Shown here piece by piece: positions 20,377-31,181 of a stretch of 64,000 bases of DNA. A model generated the notes under the pieces. It ran no database searches and was not told the DNA's origin. It saw only the letters and a program-made list of their open reading frames with translations. Position numbers and translations under genes: made by a program. The DNA is from Hyphomonadaceae bacterium. Lineage in GTDB: Bacteria; Pseudomonadota; Alphaproteobacteria; Caulobacterales; Hyphomonadaceae. How positions within the stretch are numbered: the stretch's first letter is position 1; every line of letters starts with the position of its first letter. The stretch spans positions 298,599 to 362,598 of the forward strand of contig CP121341.1 in NCBI GenBank assembly GCA_043513745.1, written 5' to 3'.

Positions 20377-21567
20377 ATGAGCGAATCTGCGTGGCCAGAC
20401 CTGAGCGGACAGACTGTCCTGCAAGTTATCCCCGACCTGAGTGCAGGCGGGGCCGAGCGCACGACGGTCGAGATGGCCGAGGCAATTACCGGCGCCGGTG
20501 GACGCGCGCTTGTCGTCAGCGCTGGCGGGCGACTCGAAGCGGCATTGGCTGAAGTCGGCGGTGAACTCATCCAAATGAATGCGGCGAGTAAGAACCCCCT
20601 CACCATTCGGAAAAACACCCGCCTGATTGAAACGATCATTTCGGAAGAGGGTGTCAGCCTGATCCATGCGCGGTCGCGGGCTCCGGCCTGGAGCGCCTAT
20701 GTCGCGGCCCGGCGAACCGATACGCCCTTCGTTACCACCTATCACGGCGCTTATAGCGGCAAGACAGGGCTCAAGCGGCGATACAATTCCGTGATGGCGC
20801 GCGGCGACCTCGTGATTGCAAATTCCGAGTGGACCGCCGCGCATGTCATGGAAACACATCAAACGCCCCCGGAGCGGATCATTACCATTCCGCGCGGTGT
20901 CGACTTTGCCGCTTTCGACCCGGAACAGGTGAGTGACGAGCGTGTCCAGACAATCAAACTCGACTGGCAGATCAAGGCCGGTGATGAGCGTCTGGTCTTC
21001 GTCCTGCCCGGGCGCCTGACCAGCTGGAAAGGCCAGTCGCTGGCGATCGATGCGCTCGGCGCCCTCGACGCGGCAGAACGTGAGCAGATTCATCTGGTGC
21101 TTGCCGGCGATGATCAGGGTCGAAAGGGATATGTGACGGAGCTGGAAGACAAGATCATCTACCATAAGCTCGGCGGAACGGTCTCAATTGTTGGCCACAC
21201 AGAGGATATGCCCGCGGCTTATATGGCGGCAGATGTCATTGTTGCGCCTTCCACCCGGCCTGAAGCGTTTGGCCGGGTCGCCGCCGAAGCGTCCGCCATG
21301 GCGAAACCGGTCATCGTCGCTGATCATGGCGGCCAGCGCGAAACCGTTATCGAAGGTGAGACCGGCACACGCGCCGAACCCGGCTCTGTCCCAGCGCTCA
21401 CCGCTTGCATTCGCACGCTTGCCAACCTTCGCCCAGAGGCACGAGATGCCATGGGACGGGCCGGACAAGCCTATGTTCGCGAGCGTTTCAGCAAAAAGCA
21501 GCTTCAAACCGCCACGTTAAACGTGTATGCGCGTCTACTTCTAAATCAGGCGTCAGTTGAAAATTAA
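20377..21567 (+). CDS. Glycosyltransferase family 4
   Basis: GGAERTT, HARSRAPAW and EAFGRVAAEA (E-x7-E) motifs; start trimmed to MSESAW. Confidence 0.9.
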   Translation: MSESAWPDLSGQTVLQVIPDLSAGGAERTTVEMAEAITGAGGRALVVSAGGRLEAALAEVGGELIQMNAASKNPLTIRKNTRLIETIISEEGVSLIHARSRAPAWSAYVAARRTDTPFVTTYHGAYSGKTGLKRRYNSVMARGDLVIANSEWTAAHVMETHQTPPERIITIPRGVDFAAFDPEQVSDERVQTIKLDWQIKAGDERLVFVLPGRLTSWKGQSLAIDALGALDAAEREQIHLVLAGDDQGRKGYVTELEDKIIYHKLGGTVSIVGHTEDMPAAYMAADVIVAPSTRPEAFGRVAAEASAMAKPVIVADHGGQRETVIEGETGTRAEPGSVPALTACIRTLANLRPEARDAMGRAGQAYVRERFSKKQLQTATLNVYARLLLNQASVEN

Positions 21568-21621
21568 GCCGAACAGAGGCATATTAGCTACGCAATCGTT
21601 GGCAACCATAGGAGATTAGCC

Positions 21622-22164
21622 ATAGCACGCAGACCATACGGCCGCCCTGAGCGCGCCAAACCTACCGGCCCTCGCACCAATCGCGATATTCGTGCCGAGC
21701 GCGTCCTTCTCATTGACGAGAACGGCGAGAAACAAGGTGAAATGCCCATAGAAGCTGCCTTGGACGCTGCCCGCGAAGCCGGTATGGACCTCGTTGAGGT
21801 CTCTCCGAACCAAGACGTTCCGGCCTGTAAAATCGTCGACTATGGCAAGATGCGCTACGAAGCGCAGAAGAAAAAAGCTGCCGCCAAGAAGAAGCAGAAA
21901 ACACAGGAACTGAAGGAAATTAAGTTCCGCCCGAACATCGACACCCACGATTATGAGGTGAAAGCCAAGAAAATTGCTCAATTCTTTGAGCAAGGCGACA
22001 AGGTCAAAATCACGCTTCGCTTCCGCGGCCGTGAAATGGCCCACCAACATCTCGGCATGGAAGTGTTGAATCGCGTCAAAGAGCAGTTCGACGAGCAGAT
22101 GAAAGTCGAACTCGAACCAAAGCTCGAAGGTCGCCAGATGACGATGGTGATGTCACCGCGCTAG
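21622..22164 (+). CDS. infC: Translation initiation factor IF-3 with non-canonical ATA start
   Basis: In-frame ATA at 21622 after AGGAG gives [26 protein letters not shown]; C-domain [18 protein letters not shown]. Confidence 0.93.
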   Translation: MARRPYGRPERAKPTGPRTNRDIRAERVLLIDENGEKQGEMPIEAALDAAREAGMDLVEVSPNQDVPACKIVDYGKMRYEAQKKKAAAKKKQKTQELKEIKFRPNIDTHDYEVKAKKIAQFFEQGDKVKITLRFRGREMAHQHLGMEVLNRVKEQFDEQMKVELEPKLEGRQMTMVMSPR

Positions 22165-22311
22165 CCCACGTCCTTCAGTCTGAAGACGAGAGCTTGATTT
22201 CCAATCCTATTTGCGCTTAAACCCGCGCTTCCGCAGCGGCCGGGCCGAAAACGGCATGCCTTGTCGCTCTTAATGACTAACTTGGAGCCTCGCGCTCAAC
22301 AGGAGATCGAA

Positions 22312-22518
22312 ATGCCGAAGATGAAGACCAAGAAGGCCGCTGCAAAGCGGTTCAAGATCACGGCTTCCGGAAAACTGAAGCACGGTGTTGCTGGTAAGCG
22401 CCACCGCCTGATCAGCCACAACGGGAAATACATTCGCCAGAACCGCGGCACTGAAGTTGTTGCCAAGGCCGATACCCAGCGTGTCATCAAGAAGTTTCTG
22501 CCGAACGGCCTGAAATAA
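22312..22518 (+). CDS. rpmI: 50S ribosomal protein L35
   Basis: MPKMKTKKAAAKRFKITASGK. Confidence 0.97.
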   Translation: MPKMKTKKAAAKRFKITASGKLKHGVAGKRHRLISHNGKYIRQNRGTEVVAKADTQRVIKKFLPNGLK

Positions 22519-22551
22519 GATCTGAACCGAATTTGAAGTAAGGAGCCTCCC

Positions 22552-22914
22552 ATGGCCCGTTCACGTAATAAGGTGCCAGCAAAGGCACGTCACAAGAAGA
22601 TCCTGAAGGCCGCAAAAGGCTATCGCGGCGCGCGCTCGAAGCAGTTCCGCACCGCTACGGCAGCCGTCTGGAAAGCCGGTCAGTACGCTTATGTTGGCCG
22701 CAAAGTTAAGAAGCGCAGCTTCCGCAGCCTGTGGATCCAGCGGATCAACGCTGCTGTTCGCGAGCATGACGAGAACATGACGTATAGCCGTTTCATCGGC
22801 GGTCTGGGCAAAGCCGGGATCGAGATGGACCGCAAAGTCATGTCTGATCTCGCGATCAAAGAGCCCGCCGCTTTTGGTGCCTTGGTGGAGAAAGCCAAGG
22901 CCGCCCTGGCGTAA
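22552..22914 (+). CDS. rplT: 50S ribosomal protein L20
   Basis: [30 protein letters not shown]. Confidence 0.97.
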   Translation: MARSRNKVPAKARHKKILKAAKGYRGARSKQFRTATAAVWKAGQYAYVGRKVKKRSFRSLWIQRINAAVREHDENMTYSRFIGGLGKAGIEMDRKVMSDLAIKEPAAFGALVEKAKAALA

Positions 22915-23011
22915 AGCCGGTTCACACCTTAGCTTTTCTCCGCTAATCCGACCGCTTCAAGCGGGGTCGGAATGGCCCCGTTTGTCTCCCAAATGACCAA
23001 CGGGGCTTTTT

Positions 23012-24085
23012 ATGTCCGATACATCAATCATCGAATCCGAAGCGCTCGCAGCGATCAATAGCGCGGCTGACCTGGCCGCGCTCGACGCTGTGCGCGTCGC
23101 CGAGCTGGGTAAGAAGGGCCGTGTTTCTGGCCTTATGAAGACCTTGGGCGGCATGTCGCCCGAAGAGCGGCAGGAGATGGGACCTAAGCTCAACGCTCTG
23201 AAAAACCGCGTGGCCGATGCCGTCGAAGCGCGCAAGTCCGTGCTTGAGGATGAAGCTCTCGAAGCGCAGCTCGCGACAGAAACGCTCGACATGACGCTGC
23301 CGCCTAAGCCAGAATCGACCGGCGCCCTGCACCCTGTCATGCAAGTGTTCGAGGAAGTTGCGGCGATCTTTGGCGATATGGGCTTCGCCGTCGCTGAAGG
23401 GCCGGACATCGAAGATGACTGGCACAACTTTACGGCGCTGAATTTTCCGGAAGGCCACCCGGCCCGAGAAACCCACGATACGTTCTTCATGGAAGCACCG
23501 GAAGGCGGCGATCCGAAAGTGCTGCGCACGCACACGTCACCGGTTCAGATCCGCACGATGACCAATGGTAAGCCGCCCATCCGTATCATCGCGCCGGGCC
23601 GCGTCTATCGCAATGATTGGGATGCCACCCATACCCCGATGTTCCACCAGGTCGAAGGTCTGGTGATCGAGAAGGGTATCCATATGGGCCACCTCAAAGG
23701 GTGCCTGATTGATTTCGTCAAAGCCTTCTTCGAAGTCGACGAAGTGGAAGCGCGCTTTCGGCCTCACTTCTTCCCGTTCACTGAGCCGAGTGCCGAGATG
23801 GACGTGAAGTACACTAAAAAAGGCGAGACGATTGAGATCGGCGCCGGTGACCGCTGGATGGAAATCCTGGGGTCCGGCATGGTGCATCCGAATGTGCTCA
23901 AGAATTGCGGCATCGACCCGGACGAATACCAAGGCTTCGCATTCGGCATGGGCATCGATCGTCTGGCCATGCTGAAATATGGCATGCCCGACCTGCGCCC
24001 CTATTTCGAAGCAGACGCGTCCTGGACCCGCCATTACGGCTTCAAGCCTTGGCTCACACCCAGCGTCAGCGGTGGGCTGAGCTAA
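23012..24085 (+). CDS. pheS: Phenylalanine--tRNA ligase alpha subunit
   Basis: [36 protein letters not shown] and GFAFGMG motifs. Confidence 0.97.
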   Translation: MSDTSIIESEALAAINSAADLAALDAVRVAELGKKGRVSGLMKTLGGMSPEERQEMGPKLNALKNRVADAVEARKSVLEDEALEAQLATETLDMTLPPKPESTGALHPVMQVFEEVAAIFGDMGFAVAEGPDIEDDWHNFTALNFPEGHPARETHDTFFMEAPEGGDPKVLRTHTSPVQIRTMTNGKPPIRIIAPGRVYRNDWDATHTPMFHQVEGLVIEKGIHMGHLKGCLIDFVKAFFEVDEVEARFRPHFFPFTEPSAEMDVKYTKKGETIEIGAGDRWMEILGSGMVHPNVLKNCGIDPDEYQGFAFGMGIDRLAMLKYGMPDLRPYFEADASWTRHYGFKPWLTPSVSGGLS

Positions 24086-24702
24086 TGGGCGACGGCAATA
24101 AAGTCGAATTTCTCGTCGCGATCTGCGCTTTGATCACTTCGGCCATGGCTGTTTTCATGGCCTGGGATCAAGGCAGCGTCATGCGTGCCCAACAACACGG
24201 TTCCGTCTATCCGGTTCTGCAAGTCGATGGTTTTGTCGATGAAAACACATCTCACACATCGATCGGTATCAATATTGGAAACAGCGGCGTGGGCCCGGCC
24301 CTCATCGAGTCCGTCGAATTCTTCGTGAACGACGAAAGAACCGAAAGCTTTGACGGGTATCTAGACTCCTTGCCGCGCGGCTTCGATCTTTCCTATTCCG
24401 CCGTTTCAGGCCGCGCATTGGCGCCCGGGAACACCGTAACCGCGATCTCCATGCAGTGGCCGAACAACGCGTTTGATCGCAGCACGATCTCGCGGATTCA
24501 ATCAGATTCCGATACCTGGTCGCTCGAGATTTGTTACTGTTCGGTCTTCAAGCGTTGTTGGATGACAACCCAAATCGGGCAATCCCGCGCTGAGCCAGTC
24601 AAGTCCTGTAAGCGCCGCGACGGCGATATTTTCGAAACCCTGGGTGAGCCACGTTTTGCGCCGCAACCCGCCCCTGAGATCACACAAGAGCCCAACCCAT
24701 GA
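24085..24702 (+). CDS. Hypothetical single-TM protein inserted between pheS and pheT
   Basis: ATG overlaps the pheS stop (TAATG) and its stop overlaps the pheT start (ATGA); N-terminal TM, YCSVFKRCW motif. Confidence 0.75.
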   Translation: MGDGNKVEFLVAICALITSAMAVFMAWDQGSVMRAQQHGSVYPVLQVDGFVDENTSHTSIGINIGNSGVGPALIESVEFFVNDERTESFDGYLDSLPRGFDLSYSAVSGRALAPGNTVTAISMQWPNNAFDRSTISRIQSDSDTWSLEICYCSVFKRCWMTTQIGQSRAEPVKSCKRRDGDIFETLGEPRFAPQPAPEITQEPNP

Positions 24703-27092
24703 AATTTCCTCTCTCTTGGTTGAAAGACTATCTCGCCACGACGGCCTCACTGGACGATATTCTCGGCTATATGCTCAAGGCTGGCCTAGAGGTCGAAGCG
24801 GTTGAAAACCCGGCCGAGGACCTGAAACCCTTCACGATCTGCAAAGTCACCGACGCCCAGCCGCATCCTGACGCGGACAAGCTTCGCGTTTGCACCGTCG
24901 ACACGGTAGATGGACAGAAGCAGATCGTCTGCGGCGCCCCGAATGCGCGCGCTGGCATGACCGCTATTTACGCCCCACTCGGTGCCTACATTCCAGGGTT
25001 GGACTTCAGCCTCGACAAGAAGCCGCGAAAGATCCGCGGTGTCGAAAGTCACGGCATGATGTGCTCCACCAAGGAACTGAACGCTGGCGAGGACCATGAC
25101 GGGATCGCCGATCTGGACGCGTCCATTCCGCTCGGCACACCTGCCGCGCAAGCGCTAGGCCTGGATGACCCGGTGATCGATTTCGAGGTCACGCCAAACC
25201 GTCCGGACTGGCTTGGCGTCAAAGGGATTGCACGCGATCTCGCAGCAGCAGGCGCAGGCGGCTTCATTGATGACCCGGCGCGCAAAGTCAGCGGATCCTA
25301 TGATTGTCCCATTGAGATTGAACTCGATAACCCCGAAGCCTGCCCCGTCTTTGCCGGTGCACTGGTTCGCGGCGTCAAGAATGGACCTTCGCCGGACTGG
25401 ATGCAGGCGCGTTTGAAAGCCGTTGGCATCACGCCGAAATCGCTTCTGGTCGACGTCACCAATTACATCTCAATCGACCGGGCCCGCCCCCTTCACGCTT
25501 ACGACGCTGCCAAACTCACGGGCTCCATTCACGCCCGCCTCGGCCGCAAAGGCGAAGAATGCGCAGCGCTCGACGGCAAGACTTATCCAGTCGCGCCTGA
25601 AATGTGCGTCATCGCGGACGAAAGCGGTGTGATTGGACTTGGCGGCGTCATGGGCGGCGAGAGCACAGCAGTTTCTGATGAGACGACGGACGTGTTCATC
25701 GAAAGCGCCTGGTTCGACCCGCTTCGCACGGCCAGAACCGGCCGGACGACCGGTATTATCTCTGACGCACGCTACCGCTTTGAACGCGGAGTTGACCCTC
25801 AGTCCTGCGTGGAAGGTGTACAGCTCGCCTTGCGTCTGATTACAGAGTTCGGGGGCGGCACAGCGTCCAAAATCAAAGTTGCTGGCGAAGCCCCGCGCCG
25901 CGAGGCACCGATTGAATTCTTCAAGCGGGATGTTGCCCGCCTGACCGGCCTCGACGTCAAACCCGCCAACATGAAGAAGACGATCAAGGCGCTTGGTTTC
26001 GCAATCGAGGACACCGGCGAGACCTGGCTTCTGCAGGTGCCGAGCTGGCGCTTCGATATGGAGCAAAGCGCCGATATTGTTGAAGAAATTGCCCGTCTTG
26101 AAGGCTATAAGGCGCTGCCAACCTTGTCGCTGCCTACCCCTGCGGGCGGCAAACGTGTCGTGACCACGCCTATTCAGGACCGGATCCGAACATCGCGCCG
26201 GACCTTGGCGTCGCGCGGGTTCCTCGAGACGGTCACCTGGAGCTTTATGCCGAAAGCGCACGCAGCCTTGTTTGGGGGCGGTCAAGATTCCCTCACCGTG
26301 GCGAACCCGGTCGCCAGCGAACTCAACCAGATGCGCCCAAGCATTCTCGGCAATCTCGCATCCGCGGTACAACGAGGGTCTGATCATGGCGAACGCGGCC
26401 TCCGCCTGTTCGAAGCTGGCCCCATCTATCTCGGGGACGGACCGAAGGATCAGCGATCAGTGATTGCGGCGCTTGTACGCCCACACAAGGCGCGGCACTG
26501 GAACGGCTCTGATGCTTACGATGTTTATGCTGCGAAAGCAGACCTGTTTGCCGTGCTCAAATCGCTTGGCCAGCCCCCTGCCCGGTTCCAGGTTGGCGAG
26601 CCGCGCCAACCCCACTGGCACCCAGGACAAGCGGCTAGTCTGAAGCTCGGCCCAAAAGTCACAGTGGCTCACTTTGGTGCCCTGCACCCGCGCGTCTTGA
26701 AAGCTCTGGATGTTGAAGGTCCGCTCTTCGCGTTTGAGCTGAACCTGAACGCACTGCCGCAGATGAAAGCGAAAACGACGAAAACAAAACCTGTTTTCGA
26801 AAAAGCCGATCTCACGCCGATCCGGCGAGACTTTGCATTTGTCGTGAGCGAAGACACAGCAGCCGGTGACATCATCAAAGCAGCAAGCGGCGCTGATAAA
26901 GCGCTGATCACCGCCGTCGACGTGTTCGATGTGTATCAGGGTCAGGGTGTTGAGCCCGGACACAAATCGATCGCGGTGGAGGTTACGCTGCAACCGCGCG
27001 GTGAGAATCTGAAAGATCAGGACATTGAAGCGATCTCGCAGAAAATTATCGCCGCCGTCGCCAAATCCGCAGGCGGTGTGCTACGGGGATAG
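24699..27092 (+). CDS. pheT: Phenylalanine--tRNA ligase beta subunit
   Basis: HPDADKL, CGAPN, TPNRPD, RFERGVD, PSWRFD and RRDFAF motifs. Confidence 0.97.
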   Translation: MKFPLSWLKDYLATTASLDDILGYMLKAGLEVEAVENPAEDLKPFTICKVTDAQPHPDADKLRVCTVDTVDGQKQIVCGAPNARAGMTAIYAPLGAYIPGLDFSLDKKPRKIRGVESHGMMCSTKELNAGEDHDGIADLDASIPLGTPAAQALGLDDPVIDFEVTPNRPDWLGVKGIARDLAAAGAGGFIDDPARKVSGSYDCPIEIELDNPEACPVFAGALVRGVKNGPSPDWMQARLKAVGITPKSLLVDVTNYISIDRARPLHAYDAAKLTGSIHARLGRKGEECAALDGKTYPVAPEMCVIADESGVIGLGGVMGGESTAVSDETTDVFIESAWFDPLRTARTGRTTGIISDARYRFERGVDPQSCVEGVQLALRLITEFGGGTASKIKVAGEAPRREAPIEFFKRDVARLTGLDVKPANMKKTIKALGFAIEDTGETWLLQVPSWRFDMEQSADIVEEIARLEGYKALPTLSLPTPAGGKRVVTTPIQDRIRTSRRTLASRGFLETVTWSFMPKAHAALFGGGQDSLTVANPVASELNQMRPSILGNLASAVQRGSDHGERGLRLFEAGPIYLGDGPKDQRSVIAALVRPHKARHWNGSDAYDVYAAKADLFAVLKSLGQPPARFQVGEPRQPHWHPGQAASLKLGPKVTVAHFGALHPRVLKALDVEGPLFAFELNLNALPQMKAKTTKTKPVFEKADLTPIRRDFAFVVSEDTAAGDIIKAASGADKALITAVDVFDVYQGQGVEPGHKSIAVEVTLQPRGENLKDQDIEAISQKIIAAVAKSAGGVLRG

Positions 27093-27116
27093 TCCGCACG
27101 AGGGGGAAAGGTTGGA

Positions 27117-28013
27117 ATGACAACGCATCACGTCGTCACCCGGATCGGCCTGCGCCATAGGCTCTACGGCCAGCTTGAACCCGACGCCACTGGCAAATCG
27201 GGCCTTTCGGCACTGAACACTCTGATTATCGGCCTGGTGCTACTGAGCTTCTTAGCACTGGCGCTTGAGACGGAAGAAACGATCGGTCCGATGTGGCGGA
27301 TCGCGATCGACTATGTGAACCTCGCGATCGTTTCGATTTTTGCGATTGAGTACCTCGCGCGCCTGTGGGTGGCCGGGGAAGATCCGAAGTATCGAGGGAT
27401 CGGCGGCAGACTGAAATACATGACGACCGGGTATGCCATCGCCGATTTGATCGCGTTCCTTCCCGAACTGCTCTGGATCCTGCTGACACCCGCCGGCGTT
27501 GGCGACGAGGTCTTGATCATTCTTAGAGCGCTGCGACTGGCCAGGTTGATCAAGCTGGCGCGGTTTGTTCCTGCCTTCGACGTGCTTGGCGCGACTGTGG
27601 AGCGCGCCGGGACGCAGCTCCTGACAACGCTCGCGATGGCTCTGGCACTCGTCTACGTTTCCGCCGTCGCCCTCTACTTCCTTGAAGGGGTGGGCGCGAA
27701 TGCCAGGGAAGAATTCGCATCGATCCCGCGGGCGCTTTGGTGGGCCATGGCGACGCTGACAACTGTTGGCTATGGCGACGTCTATCCTGTTACGGCGCTG
27801 GGCAAGATGTTCGCGTCGGTCATCGCACTCGCGGGGATTGGCGTGGTTGCTCTACCTGCGGGTGTCTTCGCAAGCGCATTTTCAGATGAGCTACGTGAGC
27901 GTGAGATCCGCAAACTGAAAGAGCGCGTGGAAGAGGTTGAATCTGAAAACGATGAGCTGGAAGCCGAACTGGAAGAAGAGCTCGAACAAGAAATTGAGAA
28001 GTTTCCAGACTAG
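27117..28013 (+). CDS. Six-TM voltage-gated-type potassium channel
   Basis: S4-like LRALRLARLIKLAR, TLTTVGYGD filter, acidic coiled-coil tail. Confidence 0.92.
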   Translation: MTTHHVVTRIGLRHRLYGQLEPDATGKSGLSALNTLIIGLVLLSFLALALETEETIGPMWRIAIDYVNLAIVSIFAIEYLARLWVAGEDPKYRGIGGRLKYMTTGYAIADLIAFLPELLWILLTPAGVGDEVLIILRALRLARLIKLARFVPAFDVLGATVERAGTQLLTTLAMALALVYVSAVALYFLEGVGANAREEFASIPRALWWAMATLTTVGYGDVYPVTALGKMFASVIALAGIGVVALPAGVFASAFSDELREREIRKLKERVEEVESENDELEAELEEELEQEIEKFPD

Positions 28014-28033
28014 GGTCTGAACCGCTCCAACGC

Positions 28034-29887
28034 TTAAGACACCATTTTCAGGCTGGGCGGTTCGTCCTGCACGAGGCGCGGTTTGCCAAGCCAGTATCCC
28101 TGGATCGTATCCGCGCCGAGCAATGCAATGCGACGCGCCGCCTGCTCGGTTTCGATCCCTTCAACGCAGGACTCAAGCCCGAGCTGCTTCGCCAAACGAA
28201 TAGCGGCGAGCAGAATGCTCTTACTCTGGGTGCTTTTGTCAGACTTCTGGACGAAGCTTTGATCGATTTTCAGTTTGTCGAGCGGCAGCGTGTCCAGCAT
28301 GGACAGCGATGAATAACCGGTTCCAAAATCGTCCAGCGCGATAGCGAAACCCAGTTCGCGCGCCTGACGGAGGATCGCAACGTTGCGATCGACGTTTCGG
28401 AACGCCACCTCTTCCGTGATCTCTATCGTGATCGCATGCGGACGGACGTCGTGACGCTCAAGAATACGAAGCAACGATTCCAGGAAGTCGGAAGCCACAA
28501 GCTGCGCCGGCGAAACATTGATGGCCAGCTTTTGATCGGTCAGATTGAGCTTGGTTAGGGCTTCATCCAGCGTGACCCAGAGGATCTCGTTCAGCAGGCC
28601 CAGCTTTTCAGCAATCGGAATAAAGTCTTTCGGACTCGGGTCGCGTTCAAATCCACTATTGGTCCAACGCGTCAGCAGTTCATAAGCGATAACATCCAGC
28701 GAGTGAGCGTTGGCAATCGGTTGGACGGCGGCACGGATCTGGCCGTTCTTGATGGCGGATTTCAATTCCATTTCGAGCGTTGAACTGGCGATCGCGTCGT
28801 TGTCGACTAGCGGATTGAATTTGGCCCAATGCGTGTTGCCGCTTTTTGCTCGGCGCATTGCAGTGTCAGCGGCTCTTAGAAGACCAGAAAGGGATTGCTC
28901 GACGGTCTGGCCATGCGCATAGCCGATCGAAGCGCCAATTGGGATAACGCCCGACTCCCAACGCATGTCCTGCGTGATCTGGGCGTGCAGCGTTTCTATG
29001 TGCGTTGCCATGGTCTCTTCGCAGGCTTCTGCATCGAAAAGCACAGCAAATTCGTCTCCGCCAAGGCGTGCGCTCAATTCAACATGCGGAACATCACCGA
29101 TGCGTTGGGCCACTTTGCAAAGCACCTCGTCTCCGACCGCGTGCCCATATTGGTCGTTCAGCGGTTTGAAGTGATCGAGGTCGACGAACACGATGCAGAT
29201 CTCTGAACGGGTCGGCCACAGGGCACGAAGTTTTTCCATGAACGCCCGGCGATTCATCAAGCCCGTCAGAACATCGGTCGCGGCAAGCTTTTCGGTTTCA
29301 GTGACTAATTCGAACAGATTCTCGTCGGCGCGCTGCCGCGAGAACGTGACGACTGCGAACAGACAGATCGAAAAGCCGGACAGCGCGGCCACGACCAAGC
29401 TGAAAGCAAATTGCTCGCTCGGCATCCACTCCACATTGAAACTCAGATCAGCGAACAACCACGTATAACAAAACACACAGACGAATTGCACTGGCGCAAG
29501 CATCAGAAGACGTCTGGTGTCTAGCGCCATCATGAAGAATAAAGGTACAAGCAGAATGACGGGAAGGTCGAATGCCCGGCTATTGCCCATGAAACCACCG
29601 CCGAAATTCTTGACCCAAAACAGCGCGAACATGGCCATACAACCATTGAAGAAGATCGTTCGGACATGAAAGTTTCGGTGGGCGCTTAGCGTTATTCCAC
29701 CGAGCAGCACCGCGTAGGCCGGGATGACGACCCGAACCAGCCAAGTGTCCTTACCGCTTGCATGGTAGAGCATGTAGAGAAATGCCGCGAAGCCAAGGCC
29801 GAGAATACCCACCCAGTATGCGTGCATACGCGTGCGCTCTGACATGTCGAGCTTCGTCGTTTTTAAATGTGATGTTCCCGCAGACAT
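28034..29887 (-). CDS. Membrane-bound GGDEF-EAL protein (c-di-GMP metabolism)
   Basis: About five TM helices; DLDHFKPLND and RLGGDEF; QPI..YELL, DDFGTGYSS, KIDQSF, VEGIE. Confidence 0.93.
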   Translation of the reverse strand: MSAGTSHLKTTKLDMSERTRMHAYWVGILGLGFAAFLYMLYHASGKDTWLVRVVIPAYAVLLGGITLSAHRNFHVRTIFFNGCMAMFALFWVKNFGGGFMGNSRAFDLPVILLVPLFFMMALDTRRLLMLAPVQFVCVFCYTWLFADLSFNVEWMPSEQFAFSLVVAALSGFSICLFAVVTFSRQRADENLFELVTETEKLAATDVLTGLMNRRAFMEKLRALWPTRSEICIVFVDLDHFKPLNDQYGHAVGDEVLCKVAQRIGDVPHVELSARLGGDEFAVLFDAEACEETMATHIETLHAQITQDMRWESGVIPIGASIGYAHGQTVEQSLSGLLRAADTAMRRAKSGNTHWAKFNPLVDNDAIASSTLEMELKSAIKNGQIRAAVQPIANAHSLDVIAYELLTRWTNSGFERDPSPKDFIPIAEKLGLLNEILWVTLDEALTKLNLTDQKLAINVSPAQLVASDFLESLLRILERHDVRPHAITIEITEEVAFRNVDRNVAILRQARELGFAIALDDFGTGYSSLSMLDTLPLDKLKIDQSFVQKSDKSTQSKSILLAAIRLAKQLGLESCVEGIETEQAARRIALLGADTIQGYWLGKPRLVQDEPPSLKMVS

Positions 29888-29999
29888 ATCGAAACGCTAG
29901 CAGGTTTGGATAAAAATCTACTTCCGGTCGAGTATTTAAATATTCTCGACTAAGTAGTATTTCATTATTATTTTGGGACGCTTTTTATTCTGAACCGCG

Positions 30000-31172
30000 C
30001 TAGTCGCTTGCGGGCGTATCCAGTTGCAGCCAGTCCTTGGCTTCCAGCCCGTAGATCATGTCCATGACTTCAAACTGGACCCCGACCGGCTTGCGTGAAT
30101 TGGAGTTCCAGAGCGCCACCACTCCTGCGTTTCGTTCAGGATCGAAGAGGATCATTGAACGGTACCCATCAACGGCGCCGCGATGCCCGACGACGCGGTA
30201 GCCTGGTTTCCCGTATTTGTAGACACGCCATCCGAGCGCGTACCGCGCGTCGCGGAGGTGGCCACCATAACGTCGGCTCATGCTGGACTGTTCGCGTCTG
30301 GTGTAGACGCGGGGGGTGTGAAGCTCTGTCAGCGTATCCGGAGACAAGACTTCAGGCTCAAGCCCCATCTGTGCGCGTGCAAACTGGGCGAGGTCGCGGA
30401 TGGAGCCATTGACCCCGCCAGCAGCCGGAACGCGGTAATAGGACCGGTTCACGGTGCGTTTAACTGGCCGCGGATCTGCACGGCGCTTACGGTGCGGCTC
30501 GGCCCAGGAATAGGACTTCAGCAAAGCTTCTAGACCGTAACTCGCATCCTGCATGTTGAGGGGCTGAAACAGCTCAAGCCGAACGACTTCCTCAAAATCA
30601 ATGCCGCGAACCGAGGCGACGATCTCTGAAATCGCGTCGAACGCAACGTTCTGATAGGTGTGGCACTCGCCGACGCTGCAGGTTCGCTTGAGCTTGCCGA
30701 GCGCTTTGCGGATCTGCGCCGGATCGCCGCCATCTTCGAGGCGCGTATCGTAAGCGTTCGGGACAATACCGATCTGGTGCGAGAGCAGGTCATCCAGCGT
30801 GCCGACCTTCTCACCGCCGAGTGGAAGCCTGAGAGACGTCTTGAACTTGGATATCGTGTCAGAGAACGTTAGCTGCCCATCCGCCACCATTTTACCAACT
30901 GCCGTTGACGCAACGCCTTTCGACAGGGACGCCCAGCGAAAGACTGTATGATCGTTGACGGGGTCTCCCCCGAACTTGGTGACGCCATACCCCTCAGCAA
31001 AAGTGATTTCGCCGTCTTCGATCACGGCGACGGCGAGACCAACAATTTCTGGATCAGAGGCGAGACGGGTCAGGCGCTCATCTAAAACGTCAAAATCAAC
31101 CGGTTCAGAGACGGCCGTTCCGAGCAACAACACAGCAGCAAGTGCGAGAGCGATGAGGCGAAATGCGAACAT
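30000..31172 (-). CDS. Serine hydrolase (beta-lactamase class C-like)
   Basis: ASLSK (SxxK), YQN and HRG motifs; signal peptide. Confidence 0.88.
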   Translation of the reverse strand: MFAFRLIALALAAVLLLGTAVSEPVDFDVLDERLTRLASDPEIVGLAVAVIEDGEITFAEGYGVTKFGGDPVNDHTVFRWASLSKGVASTAVGKMVADGQLTFSDTISKFKTSLRLPLGGEKVGTLDDLLSHQIGIVPNAYDTRLEDGGDPAQIRKALGKLKRTCSVGECHTYQNVAFDAISEIVASVRGIDFEEVVRLELFQPLNMQDASYGLEALLKSYSWAEPHRKRRADPRPVKRTVNRSYYRVPAAGGVNGSIRDLAQFARAQMGLEPEVLSPDTLTELHTPRVYTRREQSSMSRRYGGHLRDARYALGWRVYKYGKPGYRVVGHRGAVDGYRSMILFDPERNAGVVALWNSNSRKPVGVQFEVMDMIYGLEAKDWLQLDTPASD

Positions 31173-31181
31173 GATCGCCCC

